Below, one piece after another: positions 25,197 to 35,724 of a DNA stretch of 64,000 bases. Source of the stretch: Carpediemonas membranifera BICM (taxonomy: Eukaryota > Protista > Fornicata); the NCBI GenBank assembly GCA_019828565.1, contig JAHDYR010000015.1:568240-632239 (forward strand), given 5' to 3'. The position numbers and the translations under genes are program-made. Numbering within the stretch: position 1 is the stretch's first letter; each line of letters begins with the position of its first letter. Under the pieces are notes generated by a model that worked only from the letters and a program-made list of their open reading frames with translations, was not told where the DNA came from and ran no database searches.

Positions 25197-25292
25197 TGTG
25201 GTTTGACTATACCTGTTTTACTAGGAGAAGAGACTTCGACACAGGGGTGTCGAAGTCAATCCATAAATGTTCTTAAATTGTACTGACTGACA
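25197..25292 (-). repeat. Gypsy-A 5' LTR (~96 bp)
   Basis: TG...CA ends, shares the TCGACAC-N4-GTGTCGA hairpin with the Gypsy-B LTR; outer end inferred because no second copy is present. Confidence 0.65.
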
Positions 25293-26395
25293 GAAGCACT
25301 GCGAGGACTGGGCTTTTGGGTCGGGCGGACGTCAGACGTCGCAGACTTCACAAGCCACTGCCCCATCTGCCTGAAGACAAGATTGAAAAACTTTGTCTCC
25401 ACACAGCGCCTCTCAACCAAGGCTGGCAAGCCCTGGGAAACGGTGGCCATCGACACGGTCGGGCCCATCACGCAGGACAGTGAGGGCAACAAGTTTATCT
25501 TCGTGATAACAGACACGTTCTCGAAGTATACCGAGCTCTATCCCGCACCAGCGAACTCAGATGAAGCAGCAAGAGCGTTGTGGCTCGCAGCAGCCCGCTA
25601 CGGGGTCCCGCAGACAATACGGTCCGACAACGGCAGTGAATATGTCAACCGCACTGTCAAGAAGTTCCTCGAACAGCTGAACACATACCACCAGAGGACA
25701 CTACCCTACCATCCTGAATCTAACGGCGTAGTAGAGCGTCGAAATGGTGAGGTGGCACGACACCTACGCTGGCTCACACTTACAACACAGCAGTATGACA
25801 GCTGGTCAGACATCCTACCTTATATACAGCACATACTCAACTCTACGACCAACTCAGACACTCTACTGACCCCAAACGAGATCATATTTGGCCACAGGAT
25901 TGAGATCGGAGGGAGGTGGGAAGAGAGCGAGACGAATGGCGACGAGCTCCTCACCCCAGCCGACAGAGCGATGCAGCACAGAGACGACCTGACCCGAATG
26001 CAGCGTGACTTAGTCCAACTTTTGAGCGAAGCAGAACTACCATCAGCCCGGGAGTCGGGCCTGAAAGCCGGGGACCTGGTGTTGCTTAATCCAGTCCGGA
26101 AGTCAAAGCTCCACGGTCTGCTAGGCCCGTATAAGGTCGTCAGGACACTGAAGCACAAAGCAGTCGAGATCGCCTCGCTGATCAGCGATCAAGTGAAGAT
26201 TGTCCATGAAGACAGACTCATGGTCATCCCCGAGAACCTGGAGCGGGACCTAGCACGCCAGCTTCAGGCCACCGACGAGGAGGAGTACGTTGTGGAGGCT
26301 ATCCTGGGCCATAACACGAAGAACAAGACACTTCAAGTCAAATGGCTCGACTACACGACGCCGACGTGGGAGCCCTGGCTCAACCTACGACAGGT
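25293..26395 (+). pseudogene. Gypsy integrase-chromodomain fragment (target of the Gypsy-A insertion)
   Basis: CPIC, IDTVGP, SDNG, ERRN, YVVEAILGH...VKW...TWEP. Confidence 0.85.
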
Positions 26396-27270
26396 AGCAT
26401 CACCAGGGCAACGGCCTGGTGGAGCGCATGAACCGCGAGGTGCAGCGTCACCTGCGCACCCTCGTCAATGACGAGCGCACCATTCCCAAGTGGTCCGAGG
26501 GCCTGCCAATCGTGCAGCGGATCATCAACTCGACCGTTGTCGAGGCCACCGGCCACAGCCCGGCCACACTGCTCTTTGCCGGCCAGATCAATCTAGACCG
26601 CGGTATCCTCGACCACTTCGAGGAGGGGGGAGACCCGGCGGGCCCCGACTACGCCGAGGTCCGTCAGGCCGCCGTCACTCTCCAGCATGACGCCGCTCTG
26701 TCGCAGGAGGACGCCTATATGCCCGACGCCCCGGTCAGCCGCGACATCCTCGCTGTAGGCGACCACGTGCTGGTCACCTACCCAGAGCGCCCGGCCAACC
26801 GTCTGGCCCCCCGCTTGATGGGCCCCTTCGTCGTTACGGCAGCCTTGCACGACATCTACACGGTACTGAACCCGGAGAGCCAGCGCGAGCAGCGTTTCCA
26901 CATCACCCGTCTTCGCCGTTACGACGCCTCTCGCACCCCTCGCCCCGAGGAGTTGATCGCTCTCGATGCGGACACGTACCTGATCGAGGCCATCGTCGCC
27001 CACCGTGGTGGCCTCCGCAACCGCACTTCGTACGAGTTCCTCGTCCGCTGGGACAGGTACTTGCCGGAGGATGATCAATGGCTCCCGTACACGGCCGTCC
27101 GTGACTGCGAGGCCCTTGACTCATACCTGGCCGCAAATCCTGGCCTGCGCCACTTCTGAGAGAGAGAAGTGTTGCGCGCGGAAATTAGTTTGCGCCATTT
27201 TTGCCCTCATAGGGTTATTGAGGTAAATCACTTTCCGCCTTCATTGGTTTGTTTGTTTGCTTTTGCCACA
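26396..27270 (+). mobile_element. 3' fragment of another Gypsy: integrase C-half and chromodomain (to 27159), PPT, 3' LTR (~27170-27270)
   Basis: GNGLVERMN, LMGPF, YLIEAIVAH...FLVRW; gagagagagaag|TGTTG...GCCACA. Confidence 0.75.
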
Positions 27271-28290
27271 AAGGCGAGGGCGGGGAAGCAGACAAACCTG
27301 TCTGGCTCACAGGCGGCCGACAGACGCATCGGAGTTTGTGGCATATACGGTCACCCTGATCATAAAGGGCGATCCAGCGTGCTCACCGCTGACCCATGAG
27401 CAGCTCTCCCTGATCCCAGAGAACTCAGACGCATTACGCGGGATCATGCCCATTGGTGTCAGCGAATTGTTCCAGCTATGCCGGCCAGCACGACAACAAG
27501 CCCAAAGAGACACGAGTATCTGTGAATCTCAGCTCAGGACTCTACTGCACACTCGTCCAGAACTCAGAGTCAGACAGAGTCTGGGTCCTGCAGCTGTCAA
27601 TCAGAGGCGACAAGACCGACTCACACGCCGCGCGCAGCCTATGTGACTCGGGCACACGCGGTACTGAAATCATGATTCAGTTCATTCATTCTGGCTCGAC
27701 CGCACAGCACCTATGCCGGGTTCACGCACCACGATGGGTCGCGTCCAGCCCAGGCTGGCCAGTGGCTACACGGCTCTGGCAACACAGGGAGGATCAATGG
27801 GTATGGCGTGCTCTAAGGCATCCCCGTGAAGTGGGCGTGATAGCTGAAAACCGCGCCGTGCAGGAGTAACACGAAAAGGAGGACATTGCATGTCGGTTCA
27901 CCTCTCTCAGCTTCAGCCGAGCCAGCCCCAGCGGCCCATCGCCGTACCAAGGGCAACGCCATTGTTCCCACGGATACGAACGGGGATCCGAGACTTCCGA
28001 GAGCAACAGGGAGTCGGTGATCGCACGAGCGCCCAATCGTCTGAGGACTGCAAACCCGGATGCGGTGCTCGTATACATTATCCAGCCTTGTGTCAACCCA
28101 GGCTACCTCCGAAGAGTGGTGGGCGGTGCTTGCTCACGTCACCTCGTCGGCTCAAGCGAGCCCGGAGACTGGTCGCCTCTGTCAACCCGGGCGGTCGACA
28201 TCACCCAGGCAGGTCGACGTCCTCGAAGCCTTATCCGACGCCTGATCACGGACTGCTGGCCCCACCACTCCGACGCGTCCGACCTTTGAG
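27271..28290 (+). pseudogene. Degraded coding-like segment, possibly a retroelement RNase H remnant
   Basis: A TDAS motif and fragmented same-strand ORFs only. Confidence 0.25.
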
Positions 28291-29267
28291 GAGAGACGCA
28301 TTGATACGTTACTCGACCATCTCTCTCCAGGGCATTCTGAAGTTCCCCTGCTCAGGATCATAGAACGTACGTAACATGGTAAGCCGTCTTGTGCAGGCCA
28401 AGACCCGACTCAAAAGCGGATCTCTCACTCGCTCAGCGATGAGCATGACGTTACTCGACTTGTGTGGGGGCGAGCCATCTCACTCTCCTTCGTCACAAGG
28501 AGCTAGCGATGCACGACAAGTTAAACCTATCACTTAAGGCAGTACGGGCTTCCAGATTTTACACCTTCGGCCTGATCCAAAAGGAGCATGTACATCATGG
28601 GCAAATCTGACAAATCAATTCGGACGAAAACCCCCGAATTGAGAATCTGAATCGGACGAAAATGACCCCCCATGGGTGTGACTCACAGATGGGGCTCCAC
28701 GCCGCGGGCTGCCCTCCCGCATACACTCGCCAACCACAGCAGCTGCTGGGGTCGTCCAAATGTATCATCTAGGCTCACTGTCCTAGGTCCATCTGATGTC
28801 GCGCGGTAGGCTCATACTACCCACGCGCTCCTAGCTAGAACCCGGGTTCCGCGCCGTGCAAGGTGGCGCGGATGTCCCGGTGTGCAGCAAGGGCCAGAGG
28901 CCAATGCAATCCCACGGATCCGAAGACGCCGTGGCGCACAGCTAGGATGTTGACATCATATGATGGTGGCGGACTTATCTTGTTGCCGCTCCAGGGTCCC
29001 GTCGGCTCACCTGATTGATGTTGTTTAGTTCTGCTGAAGAGAGCGAGAAATGAGTGGAAGAGAAAGAAAGAAAAAGCAGAATGGGTAATCATTGACGACG
29101 TCTCGACAGTAATGTGCTTCAAGCGCAGAAAAGTTCTTTGTCCTGCAGGATCTTTGCGCGAAAAACTGAATGCTGGAGAAAAAAAAAGATTGAGTGAAAG
29201 AAGGGGGGCGCATTCATGCACTGTCATCACTGTTGGCAGTAAAGCACGTCGCACGGAATACGGATAT

Positions 29268-30227
29268 TTACATGTTGACGCAGTTCTCGACCTTGCCGTC
29301 CTTGATGAAGACCTCCATCATGCGGACAACCTCCTCGCCGACGGCCTCGCTGGCCTGGTTGGTGGAGGCGCCGATGTGGGGGGTGGCGACCTCGACAAGC
29401 TCCGCGAGCTCAGTGTCGACGAAGACGTCGTCGGCCTTGACAGGCTCGTTCTCGTAGACGTCGCAGCCGACGCGGAGGCCCTTGGTCTTGATGGCCTCCT
29501 TGAGGGCGGCCGTGTCGACGACCTCGCCGCGGGCGCAGTTGACAAGGATGGCGCCGTCGCGCATCTTGCCAAGGAAGTCGGCGTCGATGAAGTGGAACGT
29601 CTCGGGCTTGTTGGCGGAGTAGGCCATGTGGACAGAGACGGCGTCGCAGGAGGCGAGCTCGTTCTTGTCGGTGATCTTCTCAACGCCGAGCTCCTTGGCG
29701 TCCTCCTCGGTCAGGCCAGCAGAGAACATCTTGACCTTCATGCCGAGGCCCTTGGCGCCCTCAACGACGTAGCGGGCGATGAAGCCGCGGCCAACAACGC
29801 CGAGAGTGCGGCCGCGGAGGCCGTGGGCAACCTGGAAGGAGCCCTTCTTCCACTCGCCCTGGGCAAGGTGGCGCATGGCGCGGGGCATGCGGCGATCGCA
29901 GCAGACGAGCATGCCGATGGCGAGCTCAGCGACGGCGGCGGCGTTGCGGCCGGGCGTGTTGCAGACAGGGATGCCAGCAGCGGCGGCGGCCTTGACGTCG
30001 ATAGTGGAGGTGCCAGCGCCGGCACGGATAACCATCTTGAGGTTCTTGGCGGCGGCAATGGTATCAGCCTTGACCTTGGTGGAGCGGACGATGAGGATGT
30101 TGTACTTCTCGATGTGCGCGGGCAGATCGGCGTCCGTGAGCTTGGGGTCCACGTCAACGGTGTATCCCATCGCGGTCATCGCCTCAACGGCGGAAGCATC
30201 AACCTTATCAGCAGCAAGAACGAACAT
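29268..30227 (-). CDS. D-3-phosphoglycerate dehydrogenase-like D-2-hydroxyacid dehydrogenase (short form)
   Basis: RAGAG, NTPGRNAAAVAE, GRGFIA, NCARG, DVYENEP, TPHIGAST. Confidence 0.85.
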   Translation of the reverse strand: MFVLAADKVDASAVEAMTAMGYTVDVDPKLTDADLPAHIEKYNILIVRSTKVKADTIAAAKNLKMVIRAGAGTSTIDVKAAAAAGIPVCNTPGRNAAAVAELAIGMLVCCDRRMPRAMRHLAQGEWKKGSFQVAHGLRGRTLGVVGRGFIARYVVEGAKGLGMKVKMFSAGLTEEDAKELGVEKITDKNELASCDAVSVHMAYSANKPETFHFIDADFLGKMRDGAILVNCARGEVVDTAALKEAIKTKGLRVGCDVYENEPVKADDVFVDTELAELVEVATPHIGASTNQASEAVGEEVVRMMEVFIKDGKVENCVNM

Positions 30228-30523
30228 ATCTTCGCGACTCTTCGTTTTGTCGTGTCTGGTCGTGTCTGGTCGTCGCAAGAAAAATCGGGAAAAGATCGTA
30301 TAAGATTCGACTACATCGGAACGAGACCGGAAACAATCCACCATGGCTACTGGTCATACCATCGGAGAGCCCCGGAGATCGATATGGTCCACACACCCCG
30401 GGAGTCGACATCACGATCTTGGGCCGACGACGATTATCCCGCTTAATCCGGTCATCTGTGCTCTTTATAGCCTTCGGTCGGACGACAGCAGGCCCCTGAG
30501 TCATGCAGCACCGTGCACGCCGC

Positions 30524-31540
30524 TCACTCGGGTTCCAGCCGCCCCGTAAACCCGCCCGGCAACGCCTTCTGGATGCGGCGAACGTTCCAGTCAAGGCATG
30601 TCCGCAGCGACCGGAACCAGTCCCCGCTGCGGCCCCGCCTGCACACTGTCCTTAGAGGGTAGGGCGAGGTGACGATATCGACGTAGTCTGTCATATTCAA
30701 CTCAATGCGGTAGCGGCCATCAATGCTCGCCCACGCCGTGCTGCGGGCCTGCTCTGGCACCTGCACCCGCAGTGTGATGTCTGAGGGCAGTGTGATAGGT
30801 CTGAATGAGAGGGAGTGGGGACAGATCGGCGTGAAGAGCATGGCCGCGATAGCAGGGTGGACTGCAGACCCGCCCGCAGAGAGGTTGTACGCCGTTGACC
30901 CGGTGGCGGTTGCGATGATGATCCCGTCGCCCTGCACCGTAGTCATCAGCTCCCCGTCACAGTAGCAGTCCAGCTGCGAGAGGAAGGCTGAGTAGCCGCG
31001 GTCCACAGCGATCTCGTTCATGACCTGGAACGTAGCCACCGCCTCTGAGTTGCGGTAGACTGTCGCCATGAGTCTGGTGCGCTCGAGGAGGTCGACGTCA
31101 CCAGACAGAACGAGGCCGAGGACCTCCTCCACCTCATCGACGGAGAACGGCGTCAGGAAGCCCAGGGAGCCGACGTTGAATGACAGAATCGGCGGCACAG
31201 CTTCTGTGAATAGACTGCATACGTACAACAGTGTTCCATCGCCGCCAAGGGTGATGACGAGGTCGAGACGGTTGGTCTCGGGGTTGTCGACATCCATGAT
31301 CTCGCAATCAGGAGGGCAACGATCCGCTACGGATGGATCCACGATTGTTGTTACTTCCTCCATCACAAACGACTCATGAATTTGATCAAAGAGCTTGTCT
31401 GCGACAGGATCCCCCGGCTTTCGTACAATGAGCACACGCTGGAATCTATGCGGCTGCTCACCTTCTTCTGTTGAAACGGTTGTAACGCTACTTGCCTGCA
31501 TAATAGGTGTAACTGCGTTACTTACGCGAGAAGAGCTCAT
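30524..31540 (-). CDS. NADK: NAD(+) kinase
   Basis: LGGDGT, GSLGFL, NE, DG...TATGSTAY, PICPHSLSFRP. Confidence 0.92.
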   Translation of the reverse strand: MSSSRVSNAVTPIMQASSVTTVSTEEGEQPHRFQRVLIVRKPGDPVADKLFDQIHESFVMEEVTTIVDPSVADRCPPDCEIMDVDNPETNRLDLVITLGGDGTLLYVCSLFTEAVPPILSFNVGSLGFLTPFSVDEVEEVLGLVLSGDVDLLERTRLMATVYRNSEAVATFQVMNEIAVDRGYSAFLSQLDCYCDGELMTTVQGDGIIIATATGSTAYNLSAGGSAVHPAIAAMLFTPICPHSLSFRPITLPSDITLRVQVPEQARSTAWASIDGRYRIELNMTDYVDIVTSPYPLRTVCRRGRSGDWFRSLRTCLDWNVRRIQKALPGGFTGRLEPE

Positions 31541-31943
31541 TTGCTCGTTTGCAACGTGCAGTTTATGACAGCCCCTCGCGGCAGGCGCCCTGAGTTGGAA
31601 GAAGAGGCCTCAATGAACCGGAGATCCTTAGCTGCGTTGGAGGAGTTGTGTTACCTGTGCCCTTAGGCCGGGCGCCCAACTTGGCCTCCAGCTGCGTGGG
31701 ACGCATGACAGGAGGGGGCTGGCAGGTGAGAGGGCAGCCACGCGGCAATGGACGGAGGAGGGTCGCATGCGAGAGTAGAATGTGATCCCAATCGGGCGTC
31801 ATCAAATGATCATCAAGAACTGTAGTTGCACAAACCAGAACTCGGATGTTTACAATCAGCACCTCAACGGCAGAACTACTTCTACCCCAACGGCAGTGTC
31901 TCCACCATGGCCACCGCACTTTAAGACTTTTTGACAGACGGCA

Positions 31944-34900
31944 ATGGCACTTCGCAAGCGCAAGGGAGCAACCGCTGAAGCGAGCCGCGTCATTCAGGCC
32001 AACACCCCATCAAATAAGGCCTATGCGGGAAATAAGGTCTCCACTGCGCAGTACAGCCTGCTTACTAGCCCCCTGCTCCTCCTGTCGCAGTTCAAGAAGT
32101 TCTCCAACCTATTCTTCCTTTTCGTCGCAGTAATCAACCTCATTCCAGGCGTCTCTGTGTTCAACCCGATCAACATCCTCACGCCCATCGTGTTCATCCT
32201 CACAGTCGGCGTCATCCGCGAGCTCCTCGAGGACCTGGGAAGAAAGAAGTCCGATATGAGGGCAAACAGGGCGCCTGTGTCGGTATATCGCGAGGGCAGG
32301 CTGACGACAGCCCGCTGCAGTGCCCTGAGGCCGGGCGACGTCATCGTTGTCAGGGAGGGTGAGGAGGTTCCAGCTGACATTCTGGTGCTGGCTTCCAGCG
32401 ACGTGGACGACGTAGCTTACGTACAGACGGCCAATCTTGACGGCGAGACGGCCCTCAAGCCCCGGTATGCCCTGGGTCCGACGGCAGCCCTGCCAGAGGC
32501 GCTCCTGGGGTCATGGAAGGGCACTGTCACTGTCAACGGCCCCACCCGCAACCTGGACTTCATCGAGGGCCGGGTCGACACTGAGCCCGAGCCCGAGCCC
32601 GAGGCAATAGCCCCCATGGATGAGATGAAGCACACGCCGACCGCCAGCCCCCAAGACGCCAAGCCCGTGAACATGCAGACCCTGCACCGCCTGGTCATTC
32701 CCACCGCCAGGAAGGGCTCGATGCAGTACCTGACGCCGGGCCCGAGGGTCGGGGCTGGCATGCAGACTATGACGCCGCAGCGGGTGAAGCACCGCCCCGG
32801 GCTGGATATGTTCAGCACGTCTGCCGTGGAGGACATCGAGTCTGACGCTGGGTCGGACATCCTCGGGCTCCAGCCGGTAGACCCCTCGGTGTCGCTCGAC
32901 AACCTCATCCCGAGGGGGTCGAAGCTCGCCAACACCACTGATGCCCACGGGCTTGTCGTGTACGCCGGCCACGAGACCAAGATGTACCTGAACGTGACGA
33001 AGGCCCATCCCAAGACGTCCAGGCTGGATCGGCAGGTCAACATCGTCATCCTCCTCTGCATCGTCCTCTTCGCCGCCCTCATCATCGGGTCGGCCGTAAT
33101 GTCGACCGGGTTCTCCTACTACATGCAGCGGGCGGACCACTGGTATCTGGAGCTACCCCGCGAGACCCTGCTCTTCGCACTTGGCAAGGCGATGCTGTCG
33201 TACTTCGTCCTCTACGCGATGATCATCCCACTATCTCTATTCGTCTCGCTCGAGGTCACCCGCTTCATCCAATCTAGCCGCCTCTCCCGGGACCCCGCCA
33301 TGGTCGATGTTCCCGACGGCCCGGTCGACCGATCAGACCCGAGGCAGCGGGTCATATCCCGCACCTCCGCACTCAACGAAGAGCTCGGGTACGTGCGGCA
33401 CCTCTTCTGTGATAAGACGGGCACGCTAACCCTCAACGACATGGTTCTTCGCCGAATGATGGCGGGGGACGCCGTGTACGATGTCCGCGACGACGGACGG
33501 CTCGAGTCACCCGACACAGGCCTCGGCGTCTTCATCAGGGACACCAGGAGCGCCCTACTGGCCCTGGCGATGTGTAACACCGTAGTGCCCGATAACCTGG
33601 CGCCGTCGAGCCCAACGAGCGAGGCCGACCTGTCCGTGTACGATGACGACAGCGTCGACGAGGACGTCATCAAGACAGACGAGGGCGAGATATTCCCCAC
33701 ACGCAGGCCGCACGAGAGGCAGTTCCAGGCGATCAGCCCCGACGAGGGCGCGCTAGTCCAAGCGGCGCATGACAACGGGGTATCACTGGCCACCCGGACG
33801 AAGAAGTCCGTCCTCATCGACTACTACGGCCAGGAGAGGAAGTTCTCTATCGTGGCGGTGCTTGAATTCACGTCGGACCGCAAGCGGATGTCTGTCGTGC
33901 TGAGGGAAGACGGCAGAAGGGGGTTCCTCGTCGTGTCAAAGGGCGCCGACTCTGTCATGCTCGAGAACATCGTAGACGCCCCCGCCGACGTCCGCCGCCG
34001 CATCAAGGACTTCAGCGAGGCCGGGCTCCGCACGATGGTGGTCGGCACCCGCACCATCCCCTCGCTCATCGGGGCCGCCTGGGTCAAGGAGTGGAGCCGC
34101 GTCAACGGGATTGTCGGTGACCCCGGCAAGGAGGCCAAGCTCGACGCCCTCAGACGGGAGGTGGAGTCGAGCCTGTCGTTCAGCTCCGTCGTCGGCATCG
34201 AAGACCGTCTTGCCGTTGACGTGGCTGTGACTCTCCGCAGGTTGTTGCAGGCCAACATCAAGATCTGGGTCTTGACCGGAGACAAGCTCGAGACCGCCGT
34301 CAACATCGGCTACAGCGCCGGGCTGCTCGAGGTCGAGGACGACCTGCACATCGTCACTGGCACCGACGAGCAGGCCATACTCGGCACGCTTGAGGAGCTG
34401 ACGGCAGTGGGGCCCGAGCCCAGCGCCGTGATGCGGACCTCACCCCACATGGCCAAGAAGTACCCCGGCATGACGGGCGCCAGGTCACATCGTGCCCTGG
34501 TCATCAGCTCGGAGGCCCTGGACATCGCCCTGCAGCACCCGGAGACGCTTTACCTGGCTAGCCAGTCTTGCGCCGCGGTCCTTTGCTGCCGTACCGCGCC
34601 CATGCAGAAGGCACGCGTCGTCAAGTGCGTCCGTTCGTCCAAGGACAAGCCCGTCACGGCAGCCATCGGGGACGGGGCCAACGACGTGGCTATGCTCCGC
34701 ATGGCGCATGTCGGCATCGGTATCGCCGGAAAGGAGGGTCTCCAAGCGTCGAGGACGGCGGATTACTCGATCCCGTCGTTCCGACACGTCTCGCGGCTGA
34801 TGCTCGTCCACGGCCGGTGGAACTACCGCCGCCTCGTGACGATGGTCATCTACTGCCTCTACAAGAACCTCGCCGCTGCCCTGTGCGCTTTGGTGTTCTC

Positions 34901-35534
34901 GTTCGCGACGGCCTTCAGCGCACAGCCCCTGCTCCTCGGCAACACCATCATGCTTTACAACGTTCTCTACACATTCCTGCCGCCCGTCGTCGTCGGCATC
35001 ACCTTCACCGACGCACCCGCCAAGGCTCTCGAGCTCTTCCCCCCAGCCTACTCGCCTCACCAGCTCCGGAGCCTGCTGGGGCCAAGAGCGGTGTTCACCT
35101 GGACCGTCGAGACCGCCTGGACGGTGGCAGCGATCCTGTTCGTCACCGCGGGGTCCTTCGCATACGGCGGCGTCTTCTCGGACGGCACCGTGGGCGGGCT
35201 TGGCATGTTCAGTCTTCTCGTGACGACGTCGCTGCTGTTGACCGTGCTGATCCGCGTCTTCCTGCTGTGCGGCGTCACGTGGCATCTGCTCTGGACGTCG
35301 CTCCTCTCACTCATCGCCTACGTCTTCTGCATCCAGGGCATGTCCTTCTTCAACCAGTCGCCCCAGTACTTCGCCACGACGGCCGTGTTGTGGTCCCCCA
35401 CTGGGGTCTGCAGCATCATCCTGGCAGTTTCGTTGGCACTTGCACCAGCCGTCTTCGTCCAGGCGTGGGGAAGGCATGCCCGCGCCCCGACGTATGTCGC
35501 TGTGAAGGAGGCGTTTAGGCGGAGAGCTCTTTAG
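31944..35534 (+). CDS. P4-type ATPase (phospholipid flippase)
   Basis: LDGET, IPLSLFVSLE, DKTGTLT, SPDEGAL, FTSDRKRMS, LTGDK, GDGANDV, C-terminal TM helices. Confidence 0.93.
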   Translation: MALRKRKGATAEASRVIQANTPSNKAYAGNKVSTAQYSLLTSPLLLLSQFKKFSNLFFLFVAVINLIPGVSVFNPINILTPIVFILTVGVIRELLEDLGRKKSDMRANRAPVSVYREGRLTTARCSALRPGDVIVVREGEEVPADILVLASSDVDDVAYVQTANLDGETALKPRYALGPTAALPEALLGSWKGTVTVNGPTRNLDFIEGRVDTEPEPEPEAIAPMDEMKHTPTASPQDAKPVNMQTLHRLVIPTARKGSMQYLTPGPRVGAGMQTMTPQRVKHRPGLDMFSTSAVEDIESDAGSDILGLQPVDPSVSLDNLIPRGSKLANTTDAHGLVVYAGHETKMYLNVTKAHPKTSRLDRQVNIVILLCIVLFAALIIGSAVMSTGFSYYMQRADHWYLELPRETLLFALGKAMLSYFVLYAMIIPLSLFVSLEVTRFIQSSRLSRDPAMVDVPDGPVDRSDPRQRVISRTSALNEELGYVRHLFCDKTGTLTLNDMVLRRMMAGDAVYDVRDDGRLESPDTGLGVFIRDTRSALLALAMCNTVVPDNLAPSSPTSEADLSVYDDDSVDEDVIKTDEGEIFPTRRPHERQFQAISPDEGALVQAAHDNGVSLATRTKKSVLIDYYGQERKFSIVAVLEFTSDRKRMSVVLREDGRRGFLVVSKGADSVMLENIVDAPADVRRRIKDFSEAGLRTMVVGTRTIPSLIGAAWVKEWSRVNGIVGDPGKEAKLDALRREVESSLSFSSVVGIEDRLAVDVAVTLRRLLQANIKIWVLTGDKLETAVNIGYSAGLLEVEDDLHIVTGTDEQAILGTLEELTAVGPEPSAVMRTSPHMAKKYPGMTGARSHRALVISSEALDIALQHPETLYLASQSCAAVLCCRTAPMQKARVVKCVRSSKDKPVTAAIGDGANDVAMLRMAHVGIGIAGKEGLQASRTADYSIPSFRHVSRLMLVHGRWNYRRLVTMVIYCLYKNLAAALCALVFSFATAFSAQPLLLGNTIMLYNVLYTFLPPVVVGITFTDAPAKALELFPPAYSPHQLRSLLGPRAVFTWTVETAWTVAAILFVTAGSFAYGGVFSDGTVGGLGMFSLLVTTSLLLTVLIRVFLLCGVTWHLLWTSLLSLIAYVFCIQGMSFFNQSPQYFATTAVLWSPTGVCSIILAVSLALAPAVFVQAWGRHARAPTYVAVKEAFRRRAL

Positions 35535-35724
35535 TTTATCAAGCGTTTTTTATAAATTTTCGTGTCATGCACGGGTCCAAGGGCAAGCAAGCAGAGCTCT
35601 GGAGGCAGTTGAATCCATCATCTCAGAACACGGCCAAGACAGGATGCGCCGTAGACAGCGGCCAGCGTCAAATACCCTCAGTCACCGCATCGTGATAAGA
35701 CGTTTTTTATGAATAACAGGGGTG

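Noticed and set aside
29112-30446. 444-aa plus-strand ORF
   Set aside because: Antisense shadow of the codon-biased dehydrogenase gene.
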